From: Candidatus Amesbacteria bacterium | Lineage (GTDB): Bacteria > Patescibacteriota > Microgenomatia > CAZETR01 > Amesbacteraceae | DNA: 64,000 nt | Assembly: GCA_963736875.1 (NCBI GenBank) | Contig: CAVTQH010000002.1 | Location: 270,663-334,662 of the forward strand | Reading direction: 5' to 3' | In this document: piece by piece, positions 1-10,018 of the stretch | Layout of the letters: each line of letters starts with the position of its first letter | Numbering within the stretch: the first letter of the stretch is position 1 | Notes under the pieces: model-generated | What the model saw: the letters and a program-made list of their open reading frames with translations, nothing else | Database searches by the model: none | What the model was told of the DNA's origin: nothing | Position numbers and translations under genes: made by a program

Positions 1-531
1 AGAAATACCGATCTTCTCAACGAAACCATGGATGAAGTCGAGATGGTGTTAAGAGATCACCGGCATATCGGCGATGACGAGGAAAACGATTTTATCCTGC
101 AGAGTTTTTCAGCTGCCCTGGATACATTCGAGACTATTACCACCTTACTTACTCTTTTTATCACCGGAATTTCTTCCGTATCGCTTATAGTCGGCGGGGT
201 GGGCGTGATGAACATCATGCTGGTGTCGGTCACCGAAAGGACCAAAGAAATCGGTCTTCTCAAAGCCATCGGAGCCAAACACAGGGACATTCTGAATCAG
301 TTTCTGATCGAGTCGGCGGTGATGACGACAATAGGCGGATTAGCAGGCATTTTATTGGGCCTCACAGGCACATTTCTGATATCCGCTGTTGCCGGCATTC
401 CTTTTATAGTCAGTATTCCCTGGATACTGATAGCGGTTAGCATATCGGTTTCAGTCGGGCTGATTTTCGGCTATTTCCCCGCTAAAAAAGCCGCCCGCCT
501 GCATCCTATAGACGCTCTGCGTTTTGAATAA
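1..531 (+). CDS. MacB/FtsX-family ABC transporter permease, C-terminal part (5' truncated by window edge)
   Basis: [28 protein letters not shown] and [17 protein letters not shown] motifs. Confidence 0.9.
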   Translation, partial: RNTDLLNETMDEVEMVLRDHRHIGDDEENDFILQSFSAALDTFETITTLLTLFITGISSVSLIVGGVGVMNIMLVSVTERTKEIGLLKAIGAKHRDILNQFLIESAVMTTIGGLAGILLGLTGTFLISAVAGIPFIVSIPWILIAVSISVSVGLIFGYFPAKKAARLHPIDALRFE

Positions 532-2188
532 AACTCCGGCAATCGTTTAATTCATCCCTGTGCATTCTTGTCAGCTCATCATATTTTCTCAAATCCTCCG
601 GATTTGTTCTCGCCCCGGTAAACAGGATTACGTTATCGGGAGCTCTGATGGTAAACAATTTTGTCAGGCAGTAATGCTTTATTTCCCTGTCTCCGAATTG
701 CTTGAAACTACCGATTACTATCCTGTCATCGTACACGTCGCGGTTCCAATCCAGGGATTTAACGGTAATTCTTCCCATTTGTCTGATCTGATCAATCGGT
801 CCGCCGTTGTAATAGCCGCCTATATCTTTCATTCCGTTTTCCGCCTGGTATTTGGCCGGATCGTATTTTGTAAAAAACAGCAGTTGGGAATAAATTTCTG
901 CTCGCCAGCTGTCGACCTGAACCTTCCGGTCGCCGAGCATATTAATTTCTTTAACGATCTTTTCAACTCCGTAATCCCAATACAGATAGCGGTAGTAGTC
1001 GTTTAATTTAAAAACCGACAAATAAATTCTGCCCAGTCCCAGAAAGACCAGAACTCCGGTTATCACGGTTCCCCAAAACCTCCATTTACTCAAAAACCGT
1101 TCAATTCCCATGGCGATCAATATCGACAGGGGTATCACCAGGGGCAGCGCCCGGATCATTCCGAAAGGTTCTCTGACAAGTGATGCGGGAAGCGGGGAAA
1201 TTACCAGAAGCAGGATAATCAGATTTTTCCGGTTACCCTTTTTCAATCTGATCAGTTCAGCCGCTCCGATTATTAAAAAAGGCAGCTGCCAAATTAAAAA
1301 CGGTCCGGTACCCGGGTAAATATTCCGTAAATCCGCATTTCCGGATCCGAAGATATATTTCGGTGAAAAATATGTCGCATATAATGACAGCCACTCTCTG
1401 GTAAATAACCATACCCGGTTATTTAATATTCCCGCACCCTCGGTAAATCCCCACAATTCGTTTGTTTTTAAACTCAAAATATTGACATTTTTGGCTCTGG
1501 CAAAAAATGCAGGAGTATTAAATACCGCCAGGGTCGGCATTAATATCAAAAACCCGGCAATCAGCCCGCCGGTCAGCCATTTAAGATTTTCCTTAGAAAA
1601 AATTATCTTTCGGTAATGCCATCCCAAAAATATATACAAAAGCGGCAGGACAACCCTTTCCGAATGATATGCGGTAAAAGAAACCGCTGTGGCTATTGCA
1701 GCCGGTATCAGAAACGCTTTGCTGCCTTTAATAAATTTAATAAATGCCCAAATACCGGCCATCATAAACATCAGCGCGACATTAGACTCGACTGCCGCCC
1801 GGGAAAGCATAATGTGCCAGGGACTGATTGCCAGTACCAGGCTGCTCAACACTGCCAGTCTTTTATTACCGCAAAGAAGTCTAACCAGCGAATACAAAAA
1901 CAAAATTGTGATTACCCCCGCTGCCGCCGATACCGATCTGGTGGTCGTCATATTCATTCCCCAGATCCCGTATACCGGAACCAGCAGATAGGTGTATACC
2001 GGGGTTTTATAATCCCCGAAGGATTTAATCAGAGCCGGAAAGCTTTTTCCGTATTCATCTTTCCCCGTTTTTAAAATCGAATAGGCGTTATAGCCGATCG
2101 ATGCCTCGTCGGCATACAACCCTTCGGGTGTTGTCCCCAAACCAAAAAACCTCAGCGATATGGCAATCAATAATACAAATATCATCAT
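506..2188 (-). CDS. ArnT/PMT-like (GT39/GT83) membrane glycosyltransferase
   Basis: N-terminal P.GLYADEASIGYNAYSILKTGKDE motif, multiple TM segments, SPWH..SR.A.E motif. Confidence 0.8.
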   Translation of the reverse strand: MMIFVLLIAISLRFFGLGTTPEGLYADEASIGYNAYSILKTGKDEYGKSFPALIKSFGDYKTPVYTYLLVPVYGIWGMNMTTTRSVSAAAGVITILFLYSLVRLLCGNKRLAVLSSLVLAISPWHIMLSRAAVESNVALMFMMAGIWAFIKFIKGSKAFLIPAAIATAVSFTAYHSERVVLPLLYIFLGWHYRKIIFSKENLKWLTGGLIAGFLILMPTLAVFNTPAFFARAKNVNILSLKTNELWGFTEGAGILNNRVWLFTREWLSLYATYFSPKYIFGSGNADLRNIYPGTGPFLIWQLPFLIIGAAELIRLKKGNRKNLIILLLVISPLPASLVREPFGMIRALPLVIPLSILIAMGIERFLSKWRFWGTVITGVLVFLGLGRIYLSVFKLNDYYRYLYWDYGVEKIVKEINMLGDRKVQVDSWRAEIYSQLLFFTKYDPAKYQAENGMKDIGGYYNGGPIDQIRQMGRITVKSLDWNRDVYDDRIVIGSFKQFGDREIKHYCLTKLFTIRAPDNVILFTGARTNPEDLRKYDELTRMHRDELNDCRSFIQNAERL

Positions 2189-2772
2189 GGCAACAACCTC
2201 GCAACTTCAGTCAGTCCGACAGCGGTTATTAAAAGCAGCAATATCCAGCCGGATTTGTGTTTACTGATTTCTTTCAGTCCTTCAACTGTAATAATCCCCA
2301 ACACCGGATATACAGCCGCATTCCATCCGTCCGGTTTTTTAAAAAGTGATACCAAAAGTACCGCCGCGCATCCGCCTGCCCACACTTTTAAATGTATTTT
2401 CTTCTTTATCGAAACATAAACCCCTGCCAAAAATCCGATTACCGCCGGATAGGGAAACTTCATCCGGTTGTCGGTGTCCGTATAATCGACCTGCGGATGG
2501 TTGCCGAAAAAATAATAATTAATATTCATCATTATCAGCACATTATTAATGTATCTGTCGGCCAGGATCGTGGTTTTATTGTTATAAAAAATCTGTTTTA
2601 CCCGGGTGGCGTCCAGTCCCAATATCTGCAGCAGCGACTTTCTCTCTTCAGAAGCATCATCCAGTTGCCAGATCAATCCGGTTTCTAACTTGGGTGGATT
2701 AACAACAAGTGACAGAGGCCATCCGGACATCACCACTAAAACGGTCAAACCCAGTATTATCTTTCTAATCAT
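2185..2772 (-). CDS. hypothetical membrane protein
   Basis: 195 aa ORF with hydrophobic segments, 4-nt overlap with downstream GT gene. Confidence 0.6.
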   Translation of the reverse strand: MIRKIILGLTVLVVMSGWPLSLVVNPPKLETGLIWQLDDASEERKSLLQILGLDATRVKQIFYNNKTTILADRYINNVLIMMNINYYFFGNHPQVDYTDTDNRMKFPYPAVIGFLAGVYVSIKKKIHLKVWAGGCAAVLLVSLFKKPDGWNAAVYPVLGIITVEGLKEISKHKSGWILLLLITAVGLTEVARLLP

Positions 2773-2831
2773 CCATCTATTTTATATCACCGTTAGCTTT
2801 TGAATTGATATAATACGGATGAAGGATATAT

Positions 2832-3440
2832 ATGAACGTACTGGTATTAATCCTCTGCATCACGAGTTTAATTTTATACACCCGTACTAAAAATTTTGAC
2901 AGCCTGAAAGGAATATTACTGTTTTTCCTGGCATTTTCAGCGCTTATGCTGAAAATTATTTATATCAAAGAGGTAAATTTTAAGCTTTTTACCCCGGACA
3001 CGATATTTATTTCGGGACTTATCATTTTTGTCTTTTCCGCTATCGGTTCATTATTTATATATACAGTCAGAATAAAAGACAGGGTGATCAAACCCGGATT
3101 CTTATTAAAATTGTTCATTCTTTACATTCCTTTTGCCCTGCTGCAGCAGATATTTTTCCAATATCTGTTTTTAAACGACATATCAACTCTGGTTGCCGGC
3201 AAGCTTCCGATATTAATTCTCGGGGTAATATTTTTCGGTCTGGCCCACTCACCGAGAGAGACGGCAAAACTGACGGTTTTCAGTCTGATAGCCGGATCCG
3301 TCTGGATATGGACTTACATGAGTTTCGGAAATATATTCTGGCCTGTGCTTTCTCATGCATTTCTCGGGTCTTTGTATTATTGCCTTGTTCATCCGAGTAA
3401 CCGGCTCCTGGCCAGGCTGAAGTTTCTTGAAGAGCGTTAA
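2832..3440 (+). CDS. CPBP/Abi (CAAX protease-like) intramembrane protein, with QQ in place of the EE motif
   Basis: LLQQIFFQ, FGLAH and SHAFLG motifs; polytopic. Confidence 0.65.
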   Translation: MNVLVLILCITSLILYTRTKNFDSLKGILLFFLAFSALMLKIIYIKEVNFKLFTPDTIFISGLIIFVFSAIGSLFIYTVRIKDRVIKPGFLLKLFILYIPFALLQQIFFQYLFLNDISTLVAGKLPILILGVIFFGLAHSPRETAKLTVFSLIAGSVWIWTYMSFGNIFWPVLSHAFLGSLYYCLVHPSNRLLARLKFLEER

Positions 3441-3507
3441 CCACCACACATTGTATTATTTATTACATTCAAACCCGCCCCGGTATGTAATCATATTAAC
3501 CGGATAT

Positions 3508-3942
3508 ATGAAAAACACAAATGTCGTCTTTATGATTGTTGTTTTTGCAGTAGTCTTTATTACCGGCTTTGCCGTATACCGCGGTTTGGGTCCGGGTAAT
3601 TCCCAATTTTCCGCTGTTTCCGCTTCTCCCGCAGTCAGGGAAGAGACAAATAATCAGGTAACAATTCCTTCCCGGTCAATCGAAGTCGAAGGCGGAATGT
3701 TTTACTATAAACCCAATGAAATAAAAGTAAAAGCCGGTGAAAAAGTGACAATCACTTTCAAAAACGTCGAGGGGGTTCATGACTTTGTCATCGATGAACT
3801 GAATGTTAAAACCCAAAAAATAAAATCGGGAGAGACGGAAACAGTAGAATTTACTCCGGAAAATCCCGGAAGCTATGAATTTTACTGCAGTGTGGGAAAC
3901 CACAGGGCAATGGGCATGAAGGGAACTCTGATTGTAGAATAA
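3508..3942 (+). CDS. cupredoxin (plastocyanin/azurin-like) membrane-anchored copper protein
   Basis: H-D-F ... YEFYCSVGNHRAMGMKG type-1 copper ligands (H,C,H,M); start taken at MKNTN. Confidence 0.85.
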   Translation: MKNTNVVFMIVVFAVVFITGFAVYRGLGPGNSQFSAVSASPAVREETNNQVTIPSRSIEVEGGMFYYKPNEIKVKAGEKVTITFKNVEGVHDFVIDELNVKTQKIKSGETETVEFTPENPGSYEFYCSVGNHRAMGMKGTLIVE

Positions 3943-3959
3943 CCTTAACGATCGATGGA

Positions 3960-4931
3960 TTAATCACTAATTTTCCCTTTAAACAATCCTATATCGCGAT
4001 TCAGGGCAGTAGACCAATTGGCAGGTATGTCGTGAGTGTCTCCGGGATACACATAGAAATTGAAGGTTTTTTGTTCGGTCTCAAACTTGGCTGCTATAGT
4101 TTGTCCCCATTCAAAAGGTACGGAATCATCAGCTGTTCCGTGATGGATATTTACGGGAATCCGGACCAATTTTATATTGTCCAGTGTCGAAACTTTGGAA
4201 TAGTCGGCAGGAGTAAAAGTCTGTGCAAGTTCATTTTGGAATCTTTCCATCCTTTCCCGGCGCCGGGGGTCTTCGGTATTACGACGGGAAAAATGTAAAA
4301 ATGATTCCGGCCAGTCACGGACTGCCGGTGCCCACAGTGAAGCTGCTTTAACGCAAACGGGGCAGACTTCAATGACCCGCAAGGTCACATCACCCCCCAT
4401 GGAATGACCGTACATATAGATGTTGCCGGCATCGACCAAATCCAACTTTTTGGCACCCGCTATCAGATTTAATACATCCACGGCATAATTAATTCTGGAA
4501 ACCAGGCTTCCCGCATCACCTTCCGATTGATCGTGCCCCCGGTAATCAGGTTTGAGTACCAAAAAACCGGCATTTGCATAATAAGCTGAAGTATTTATGT
4601 ACGAATTTCTGGTGGAATATTCTTCCGGGTCAATATAGCCATGATTGATTATTACCACAGGCCAGCCGTTTTCCGGAGTCTTGCCGACAGGTACATTCAT
4701 CAGGGAATATTGTTTCAATCCGTCGGAATCAAAACTAATTACATATGAGGTGAATCCTTCTGTAACCCTGACTGTCTGATCGATCTTAATCTCACTATCG
4801 TACGATCGGGTACTCAGGCTGTTTATTGTATACGGATTGGCGGCAGGGGTCGGGGTGGGTGTGGGCATGGTAACAGAGACAGGAACCGCTCCGCTCAGCA
4901 AACTCAGTATCAATGACCACATTTTTTGCAT
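3960..4931 (-). CDS. secreted alpha/beta hydrolase (S9 peptidase-like)
   Basis: GHSMGG nucleophile elbow, HGTADDSV Asp and YPGDTH His motifs. Confidence 0.85.
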   Translation of the reverse strand: MQKMWSLILSLLSGAVPVSVTMPTPTPTPAANPYTINSLSTRSYDSEIKIDQTVRVTEGFTSYVISFDSDGLKQYSLMNVPVGKTPENGWPVVIINHGYIDPEEYSTRNSYINTSAYYANAGFLVLKPDYRGHDQSEGDAGSLVSRINYAVDVLNLIAGAKKLDLVDAGNIYMYGHSMGGDVTLRVIEVCPVCVKAASLWAPAVRDWPESFLHFSRRNTEDPRRRERMERFQNELAQTFTPADYSKVSTLDNIKLVRIPVNIHHGTADDSVPFEWGQTIAAKFETEQKTFNFYVYPGDTHDIPANWSTALNRDIGLFKGKISD

Positions 4932-5066
4932 CCGCCCAGTTTATCAGAAAAATCAAATTCTCAACTATATTAAAACCCACAATCTTAAGATCGTTAGATT
5001 CCTTACAGAAATCACACTTTGACTAAAATATATTTACTTCATGTTAATTGAAGGAGGTGATCATAA

Positions 5067-5261
5067 ATGCAGGATACCATGAATGCAATCGACCATTTAA
5101 AAAATCATCAAAAATACCCGGCAACTTATAACGATCTTATAAAGGAGTGCAATGATTTATCGGATTTTACAGCCGAAGATAAAGAGTGGTTTAAAAAGCA
5201 TCTAGCGAAAATGACATATAAGTCGGCGGATGAAGTTATTAAAACCCTCGGATTAGGTTAA
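5067..5261 (+). CDS. small hypothetical protein
   Basis: 64 aa ORF preceded by strong SD AAGGAGGTGA. Confidence 0.7.
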   Translation: MQDTMNAIDHLKNHQKYPATYNDLIKECNDLSDFTAEDKEWFKKHLAKMTYKSADEVIKTLGLG

Positions 5262-5346
5262 GCAGGTCTTTATAACAGGAGGGGTTGGCAAGTACCCCTC
5301 CGGAATTGACCTCCCCTCGCTTGTCTGAGCGTCTGTATAATAAAGT

Positions 5347-5670
5347 ATGCTGAGGATAAGGGTAAAGGTTTTAAAAAGCCCGGCGGAAAAAACCATCGGC
5401 CTGATTAGCAGCAAAAAGGCGTATCCGGTATTTTTTAAAACCCGTTGGGGTATCCATACTTTCGGAGTTAAATTCCCCATCGACGTCCTGATTCTGGATT
5501 CAAAATACAAAGTTGTAAAAGCTACAGTAAACCTTCCTCCCAACAGAATTTTTTTATGGCCCCCGGTTTACGAGAATGTTGTTGAATTGCCGACCGGAGA
5601 AGTCCGTAGATTGAAAATCAAAACCGGAGACAAAATATTTTTAATTCCGGGTGATAATCGATCGGCTTAG
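5347..5670 (+). CDS. DUF192-family protein
   Basis: GIHTFGVKFPIDVLILD ... VVELPTG ... KTGD pattern. Confidence 0.75.
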   Translation: MLRIRVKVLKSPAEKTIGLISSKKAYPVFFKTRWGIHTFGVKFPIDVLILDSKYKVVKATVNLPPNRIFLWPPVYENVVELPTGEVRRLKIKTGDKIFLIPGDNRSA

Positions 5671-5711
5671 AACCGTTCTCCGCTTCATTCCAAAGGATAT
5701 GAATACACGAT

Positions 5712-5936
5712 TTACTTAGTCTTCATCTGTTCAGGCTGTAAATTACACACTACTTCAATAATGCTGGGAATATTGGGATTGTTAGTAAAAAAAACCATGG
5801 TACGGTTTTGTATAGTATACATTGCTGCCCTGCGAGCTGCACTTTCGGGAGTCTCCAACGACGGCTGCATCATAATTCCCAACTCTGGTCTATTAGGATT
5901 TTCATAACAAAACCACCATTTTAATCTGTCTTTCAT
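5712..5936 (-). CDS. small hypothetical protein
   Basis: 74 aa ORF filling an intergenic gap. Confidence 0.45.
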   Translation of the reverse strand: MKDRLKWWFCYENPNRPELGIMMQPSLETPESAARRAAMYTIQNRTMVFFTNNPNIPSIIEVVCNLQPEQMKTK

Positions 5937-6027
5937 GGTATTTTCGCCATAATACCACTAAAGGCCTACTTTTTCTTTAATTGGCAGATGGATACGGAAA
6001 TGTCCGGTATAGGTATAATAAAAACTA

Positions 6028-7176
6028 ATGGGGTATCCTGAGAAGACAACAGAAAAAATTATTAAAGATAGCGGAATGGTTCAGGAGGTGAGAAGGAATG
6101 AAAACGTCAAAATACCATCGGTAGTGACATTTTGGGGAATCAGAACGGATTGTGCCGACATCAACCGGCAATTAGAAGGAATGCTTCCCGGTCAGCAAAT
6201 TTCCAGCCCGGGATTTGCATGCGTGTACCGGACCGCGCCGTTTTTAAGTCCGGATGAAGCCGTACGGCAGGAAATGGCTGCCGTCAAAACCAATTTAACG
6301 GCAATATTAGAAGTTCTGGATCCCGAAGATGGAAATCCCGAGGTGCTGAGTGTCGGTTGCGGAACCCCGCCGTTTGAACACTACGGTCAGGCAATTGCTG
6401 AAATGATCGGTTTGGGAGGAATCGAAGTATTGGAATCCAATCTGGCCTGCAATAGCGGAACCCGGGCAATGCAGCGGATACTCGAAGAACCCCGGTATGC
6501 GGGAAAGCGGGTAATGGTGATCGGGATAGAGGGAATGACCAGACTGATTGCCGATCCGAAACCGAATTTGGTAAAAGCCGACCCGTTTTCATTACAGGCA
6601 TTCGGAAACGGTATCGGAGCTGTTAGTTTTATCCCGGAAAGGGATATCAGCCTGGTTGGAAGCGTCAGTTTGTCCGAAGAGGATACCGAAAGGAATCTAG
6701 CTGCCAGACCGACTTATCAGGTAGATCCCAAAGGTCCGTTGATCCAAATTTCCGGAAGTATCGAAAAAACCAAACTTCCGATACCGGAAGAGGAAGAAAA
6801 AATAATCCATATTAAACCCACCGGGACAAGCAAAATGTTTATCAGGGCAGCTGAAGCCACGATAGACAGTCTCCTGACCGGTTACCGGGAACAAATTGAA
6901 GCCGGGACGGTACAGGATAAACCTATCAAACTTGTAGCGGCACATCATCCCAGCCGGGGTGTATGGGACATTCTAATAAAAAAACTGGCAAGAAAAGGGA
7001 TTCCGGCCGGATCCTGTCCGTGGATGGTTCCGGAAGGAAACTTAAGCGGAGCAACCTCTACAGTAGCCCTGTGCCGGTTGTTACCGGCTTTGTCACCCGG
7101 GGACAGAATTATCCTCCTGGGATATGGTGCCGGATGGAACTCCTCGGCAATGATCTGCGACATCGGGGGGAAATAG
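6028..7176 (+). CDS. FabH/KAS III-like thiolase-fold condensing enzyme
   Basis: Cys-His-Asn triad motifs NLACNSG, AAHHPS, EGNLSGA; C-terminal LLGYGAG. Confidence 0.7.
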   Translation: MGYPEKTTEKIIKDSGMVQEVRRNENVKIPSVVTFWGIRTDCADINRQLEGMLPGQQISSPGFACVYRTAPFLSPDEAVRQEMAAVKTNLTAILEVLDPEDGNPEVLSVGCGTPPFEHYGQAIAEMIGLGGIEVLESNLACNSGTRAMQRILEEPRYAGKRVMVIGIEGMTRLIADPKPNLVKADPFSLQAFGNGIGAVSFIPERDISLVGSVSLSEEDTERNLAARPTYQVDPKGPLIQISGSIEKTKLPIPEEEEKIIHIKPTGTSKMFIRAAEATIDSLLTGYREQIEAGTVQDKPIKLVAAHHPSRGVWDILIKKLARKGIPAGSCPWMVPEGNLSGATSTVALCRLLPALSPGDRIILLGYGAGWNSSAMICDIGGK

Positions 7177-7215
7177 ATATGCGAACTTTCTTTAAAGAAA
7201 CTATAATAGTTATAT

Positions 7216-7614
7216 ATGAATAATTCATATAATTGGTACTCTACACTTATTAAACCTTCATGGTCACCGCCAAGTTGGCTTTTTGGACCGGTGTGGACGT
7301 TTCTTTATATTTTGATTGCCATTTCTTTTGGAAAAGTGTTTTTGATGGGTTTGAAAAAAGAAATTGCTTTTATTGTTGTTTTGCCTTTTATTCTTAATCT
7401 TATTTTTAACTTTGCCTTTACTCCTTTACAGTTTGGATTAAAGAATAATTTATTTGCGGCAATTGATATTCTCCTTGTTTTGGGTACTCTTATCTGGTTG
7501 ATGATTGCTATATATCCTCATGCCAAGTGGATTACATATATTCAAATTCCATATTTACTTTGGGTTTCTTTTGCAAGCATTTTGCAGTTAACTATTACCT
7601 ATTTAAATAAATAA
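7216..7614 (+). CDS. tspO: TspO/MBR tryptophan-rich sensory protein
   Basis: WY..L.KPSWSPPSWLFGPVWT.LY and PYLLWVSFA motifs. Confidence 0.9.
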   Translation: MNNSYNWYSTLIKPSWSPPSWLFGPVWTFLYILIAISFGKVFLMGLKKEIAFIVVLPFILNLIFNFAFTPLQFGLKNNLFAAIDILLVLGTLIWLMIAIYPHAKWITYIQIPYLLWVSFASILQLTITYLNK

Positions 7615-7615
7615 T

Positions 7616-8016
7616 ATGTTTCTAAAACTTTATCTTATTGCACTTCCGGTATTTTTAGCCATCGATATGGTTTGGCTTGATCTATGATTGCCAAGAATTT
7701 TTATGCCAAACAAATTGGATATCTGATGGCTAAAAATCCAAATCTTCTTGCGGCTTTGATTTTTTATCTTATTTTTATTGCAGGACTTATTGTTTTTGTA
7801 ATTACTCCGGCACTTGATAAAAAGATGTGGACACAGGCTCTTCTGGCAGGTGCGTTCTTCGGTCTTGTTACCTATGCAACTTATGACCTTACCAACCTTG
7901 CAACCGTAAAAGATTGGCCGCTTATTATTACAATTGTGGATTTGATTTGGGGGATGGTGCTCTCCGCATCCGTTTCTGTAATCACATACTTTATCGCTCT
8001 TAAATTCGGACTATGA
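7616..8016 (+). CDS. DUF2177-family membrane protein (apparent frameshift near 7680)
   Basis: ATG at 7616 gives MFLKLY...IDMVWL, continuing in another frame to YATYDLTNLAT.KDWP...DLIWG. Confidence 0.7.
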
Positions 8017-8806
8017 ACTATTACTTCGTTCTTGCCCTAACACTTCTCGGTTATATGACTTTCTGGTTTATTGTTTCTGTTATCAAAAAGAGAAATGATG
8101 TTGCAGATATTGCCTGGGGATTGGGATTTGTTCTTATGGCCTGGCTATCATTTTTAATTTCCGGTTTTTCTTTCAAAGCACTTTTGGTCAATGGTTTGGT
8201 AACCATTTGGGGATTACGTTTGGCCTGGCATATTTACAAGCGCAATTTAAAATAAGCACGAAGATTACGGTATGCGGCGTGGCGGAAAGAATGGGGTAAG
8301 TGGTTTTTTCCGCGCTCTTATTTTCAGGTTTATTTACTTCAGGGATTATTTCTTATTTCTGATTATCTCAGCCTGTCATTTTATATTCACCATCAGGTAA
8401 CTGGTGATTTGGGTATATTTGATCTTATTGGCTTATTAGTCTGGATTATCGGTTTTTACTTTGAATCGACCGGTGATACACAGCTCAAAAAATTTATTTC
8501 TAACCCAGCAAATAAGGGAAAACTAATGGAAACCGGTTTATGGCGATATTCAGTCGCCATCCAAATTATTTTGGAGAGGTACTGCAGTGGTGGGGAATAT
8601 TTATCATTGCGCTTTCTCTTCCGGGTTCATTTTTTACAATTATTGGACCTTTAACAATTACAATATTAATTCTTTTTGTTTCGGGTGTTCCGCTGCTTGA
8701 AAAAAAATATGCAGGAAGACCTGATTTTGAAGACTATAAAAAGAGAACCAGTGTATTTATTCCTTTACCCCCGAAGCCCAATGGAATCAAGTACAGTAAT
8801 CGTTAA
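8013..8806 (+). CDS. DUF1295 (steroid 5-alpha reductase-like) membrane protein, several frameshifts
   Basis: fragments [35 protein letters not shown] in successive frames. Confidence 0.75.
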
Positions 8807-9287
8807 CGACAAAATGCAGAGTGATTACGCTTACACCCTGACTGAACCGATTGGTAAAAACTTTGATCCCGGATTTACGCCTGAACTCAGTCCTCAGCAG
8901 ATGCTGTCTCTCGGAGTTTTTGGCGGCAAATACTTAACTGATTGCACTAACGAGTTTCCGAAAAGTTGGTTTACTACCGCTAAACTCTCTCCGAAACAAT
9001 CCAATCCGAAGCTTAATTATTTCAGTGTTCCTGCCAGTCAGTCTCTCTCGGAATGGCGTCGAAAGGGTTGGATTCATCCCGATGACCCCCGTGGATGGTT
9101 TCAGTGGTATTGCCGATACTATATGGGCAGACGGCATGAAGATGACAGCAGACAAATTAAACGTTGGCGTGCGATCAGGCGTCATGTGAGTCAAATTATT
9201 AATAACTGTATGCCTTATGACGAAAGCTGTCGCAGGAAACAACGCCAGGCTCTCCTGCATTGGGCATATGACAGCCGGAAAATATAG
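8781..9287 (+). CDS. conserved hypothetical protein
   Basis: F.P.L.P.QML.LGVFGG, W...GWI...[22 protein letters not shown] and RQALLHW motifs; start taken at MESST. Confidence 0.75.
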   Translation: MESSTVIVNDKMQSDYAYTLTEPIGKNFDPGFTPELSPQQMLSLGVFGGKYLTDCTNEFPKSWFTTAKLSPKQSNPKLNYFSVPASQSLSEWRRKGWIHPDDPRGWFQWYCRYYMGRRHEDDSRQIKRWRAIRRHVSQIINNCMPYDESCRRKQRQALLHWAYDSRKI

Positions 9288-9342
9288 AACTTGAATTTTT
9301 TCATCATTTATCAATTATTTTTTGGAACTCTCTTTCATTTGT

Positions 9343-9392
9343 TTGCTGGGAGTTTGCCTGCCCGCTTTTGCAGGGAAACGATATTAGAACTT
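9343..9392 (+). repeat. class II att-like site (TTGCTG-N19-GAAC), interrupted by a 19-bp palindromic insert
   Basis: TTGCTGGGAGTTTG[CCTGCCCGCTTTTGCAGGG]AAACGATATTAGAACT; removing the insert gives the same spacing as 14193-14222. Confidence 0.45.
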
Positions 9393-9405
9393 TATAACAT
9401 CAATT

Positions 9406-9843
9406 CTAAAATTTCCCTTGTTTGACTAACTTGATTGACGAAGGACCTTTTTGAATTTTAAGGATTAAATTATCACCTTTTAAAGCATCTTTGACTCTTT
9501 CTAATTGTTTTGAAGAAATGTTATGAGGAATATTCATTAATTCAAAGTACTCTATTTTATCAGCCTCTTCGGTTAGAGTAATTTTTCCACCGATCGGTTC
9601 ACAAATAAAACAAAAGACAAGGTCGTCTTTCTCCGGTTTATAATAAATTCCCTGTAATCTGACAATTTTGACATCCAAACATACTTCTTCTTTAACTTCC
9701 CTGATAACCCCTTCCCAAGGTGATTCGCCTTTTTTCACGCCGCCTCCCGGCAAATTCCATAGGTCATAATCTCTCCTATGACACAAAAGCACCCTGCTTT
9801 GCTTATCAAGTATTATTGCGAAGGCCCCAACAGTAAACATCAT
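9406..9843 (-). CDS. NUDIX hydrolase (cassette cargo)
   Basis: Nudix box GGGVKKGESPWEGVIREVKEEVCL. Confidence 0.9.
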   Translation of the reverse strand: MMFTVGAFAIILDKQSRVLLCHRRDYDLWNLPGGGVKKGESPWEGVIREVKEEVCLDVKIVRLQGIYYKPEKDDLVFCFICEPIGGKITLTEEADKIEYFELMNIPHNISSKQLERVKDALKGDNLILKIQKGPSSIKLVKQGKF

Positions 9844-9862
9844 CCTATTTTAACAAAATCTT

Positions 9863-9896
9863 TATCTGAGCGTACAGGTCTGGAACCATTCTGCCG
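9863..9896 (+). repeat. 34-bp cassette repeat R1
   Basis: TATCTGAGCGTACAGGTCTGGAACCATTCTGCCG. Confidence 0.85.
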
Positions 9897-10018
9897 TACC
9901 ATTTTAATCCTAAACCTGTCGAAGGACGGAAGTCACTATTTTAGGGATTATTATCAACGGGTTCTCTTTAGCATCTTTTGCTTAGAAGTTCTGCGTTAAT
10001 TGACTTAGACGGAAGAGT

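Noticed and set aside
7160-7192. Possible class II site (…GEIDMRTFF) at the end of the FabH-like gene
   Set aside because: It has a CGAACT/RT-like end but lacks the GCTG core at the expected spacing; too weak.
9778-9999. 73-aa + strand ORF containing SERTGLEPF as an intact recombinase
   Set aside because: It overlaps the NUDIX gene antisense and has no recombinase motifs; only the repeat-derived peptide is meaningful.
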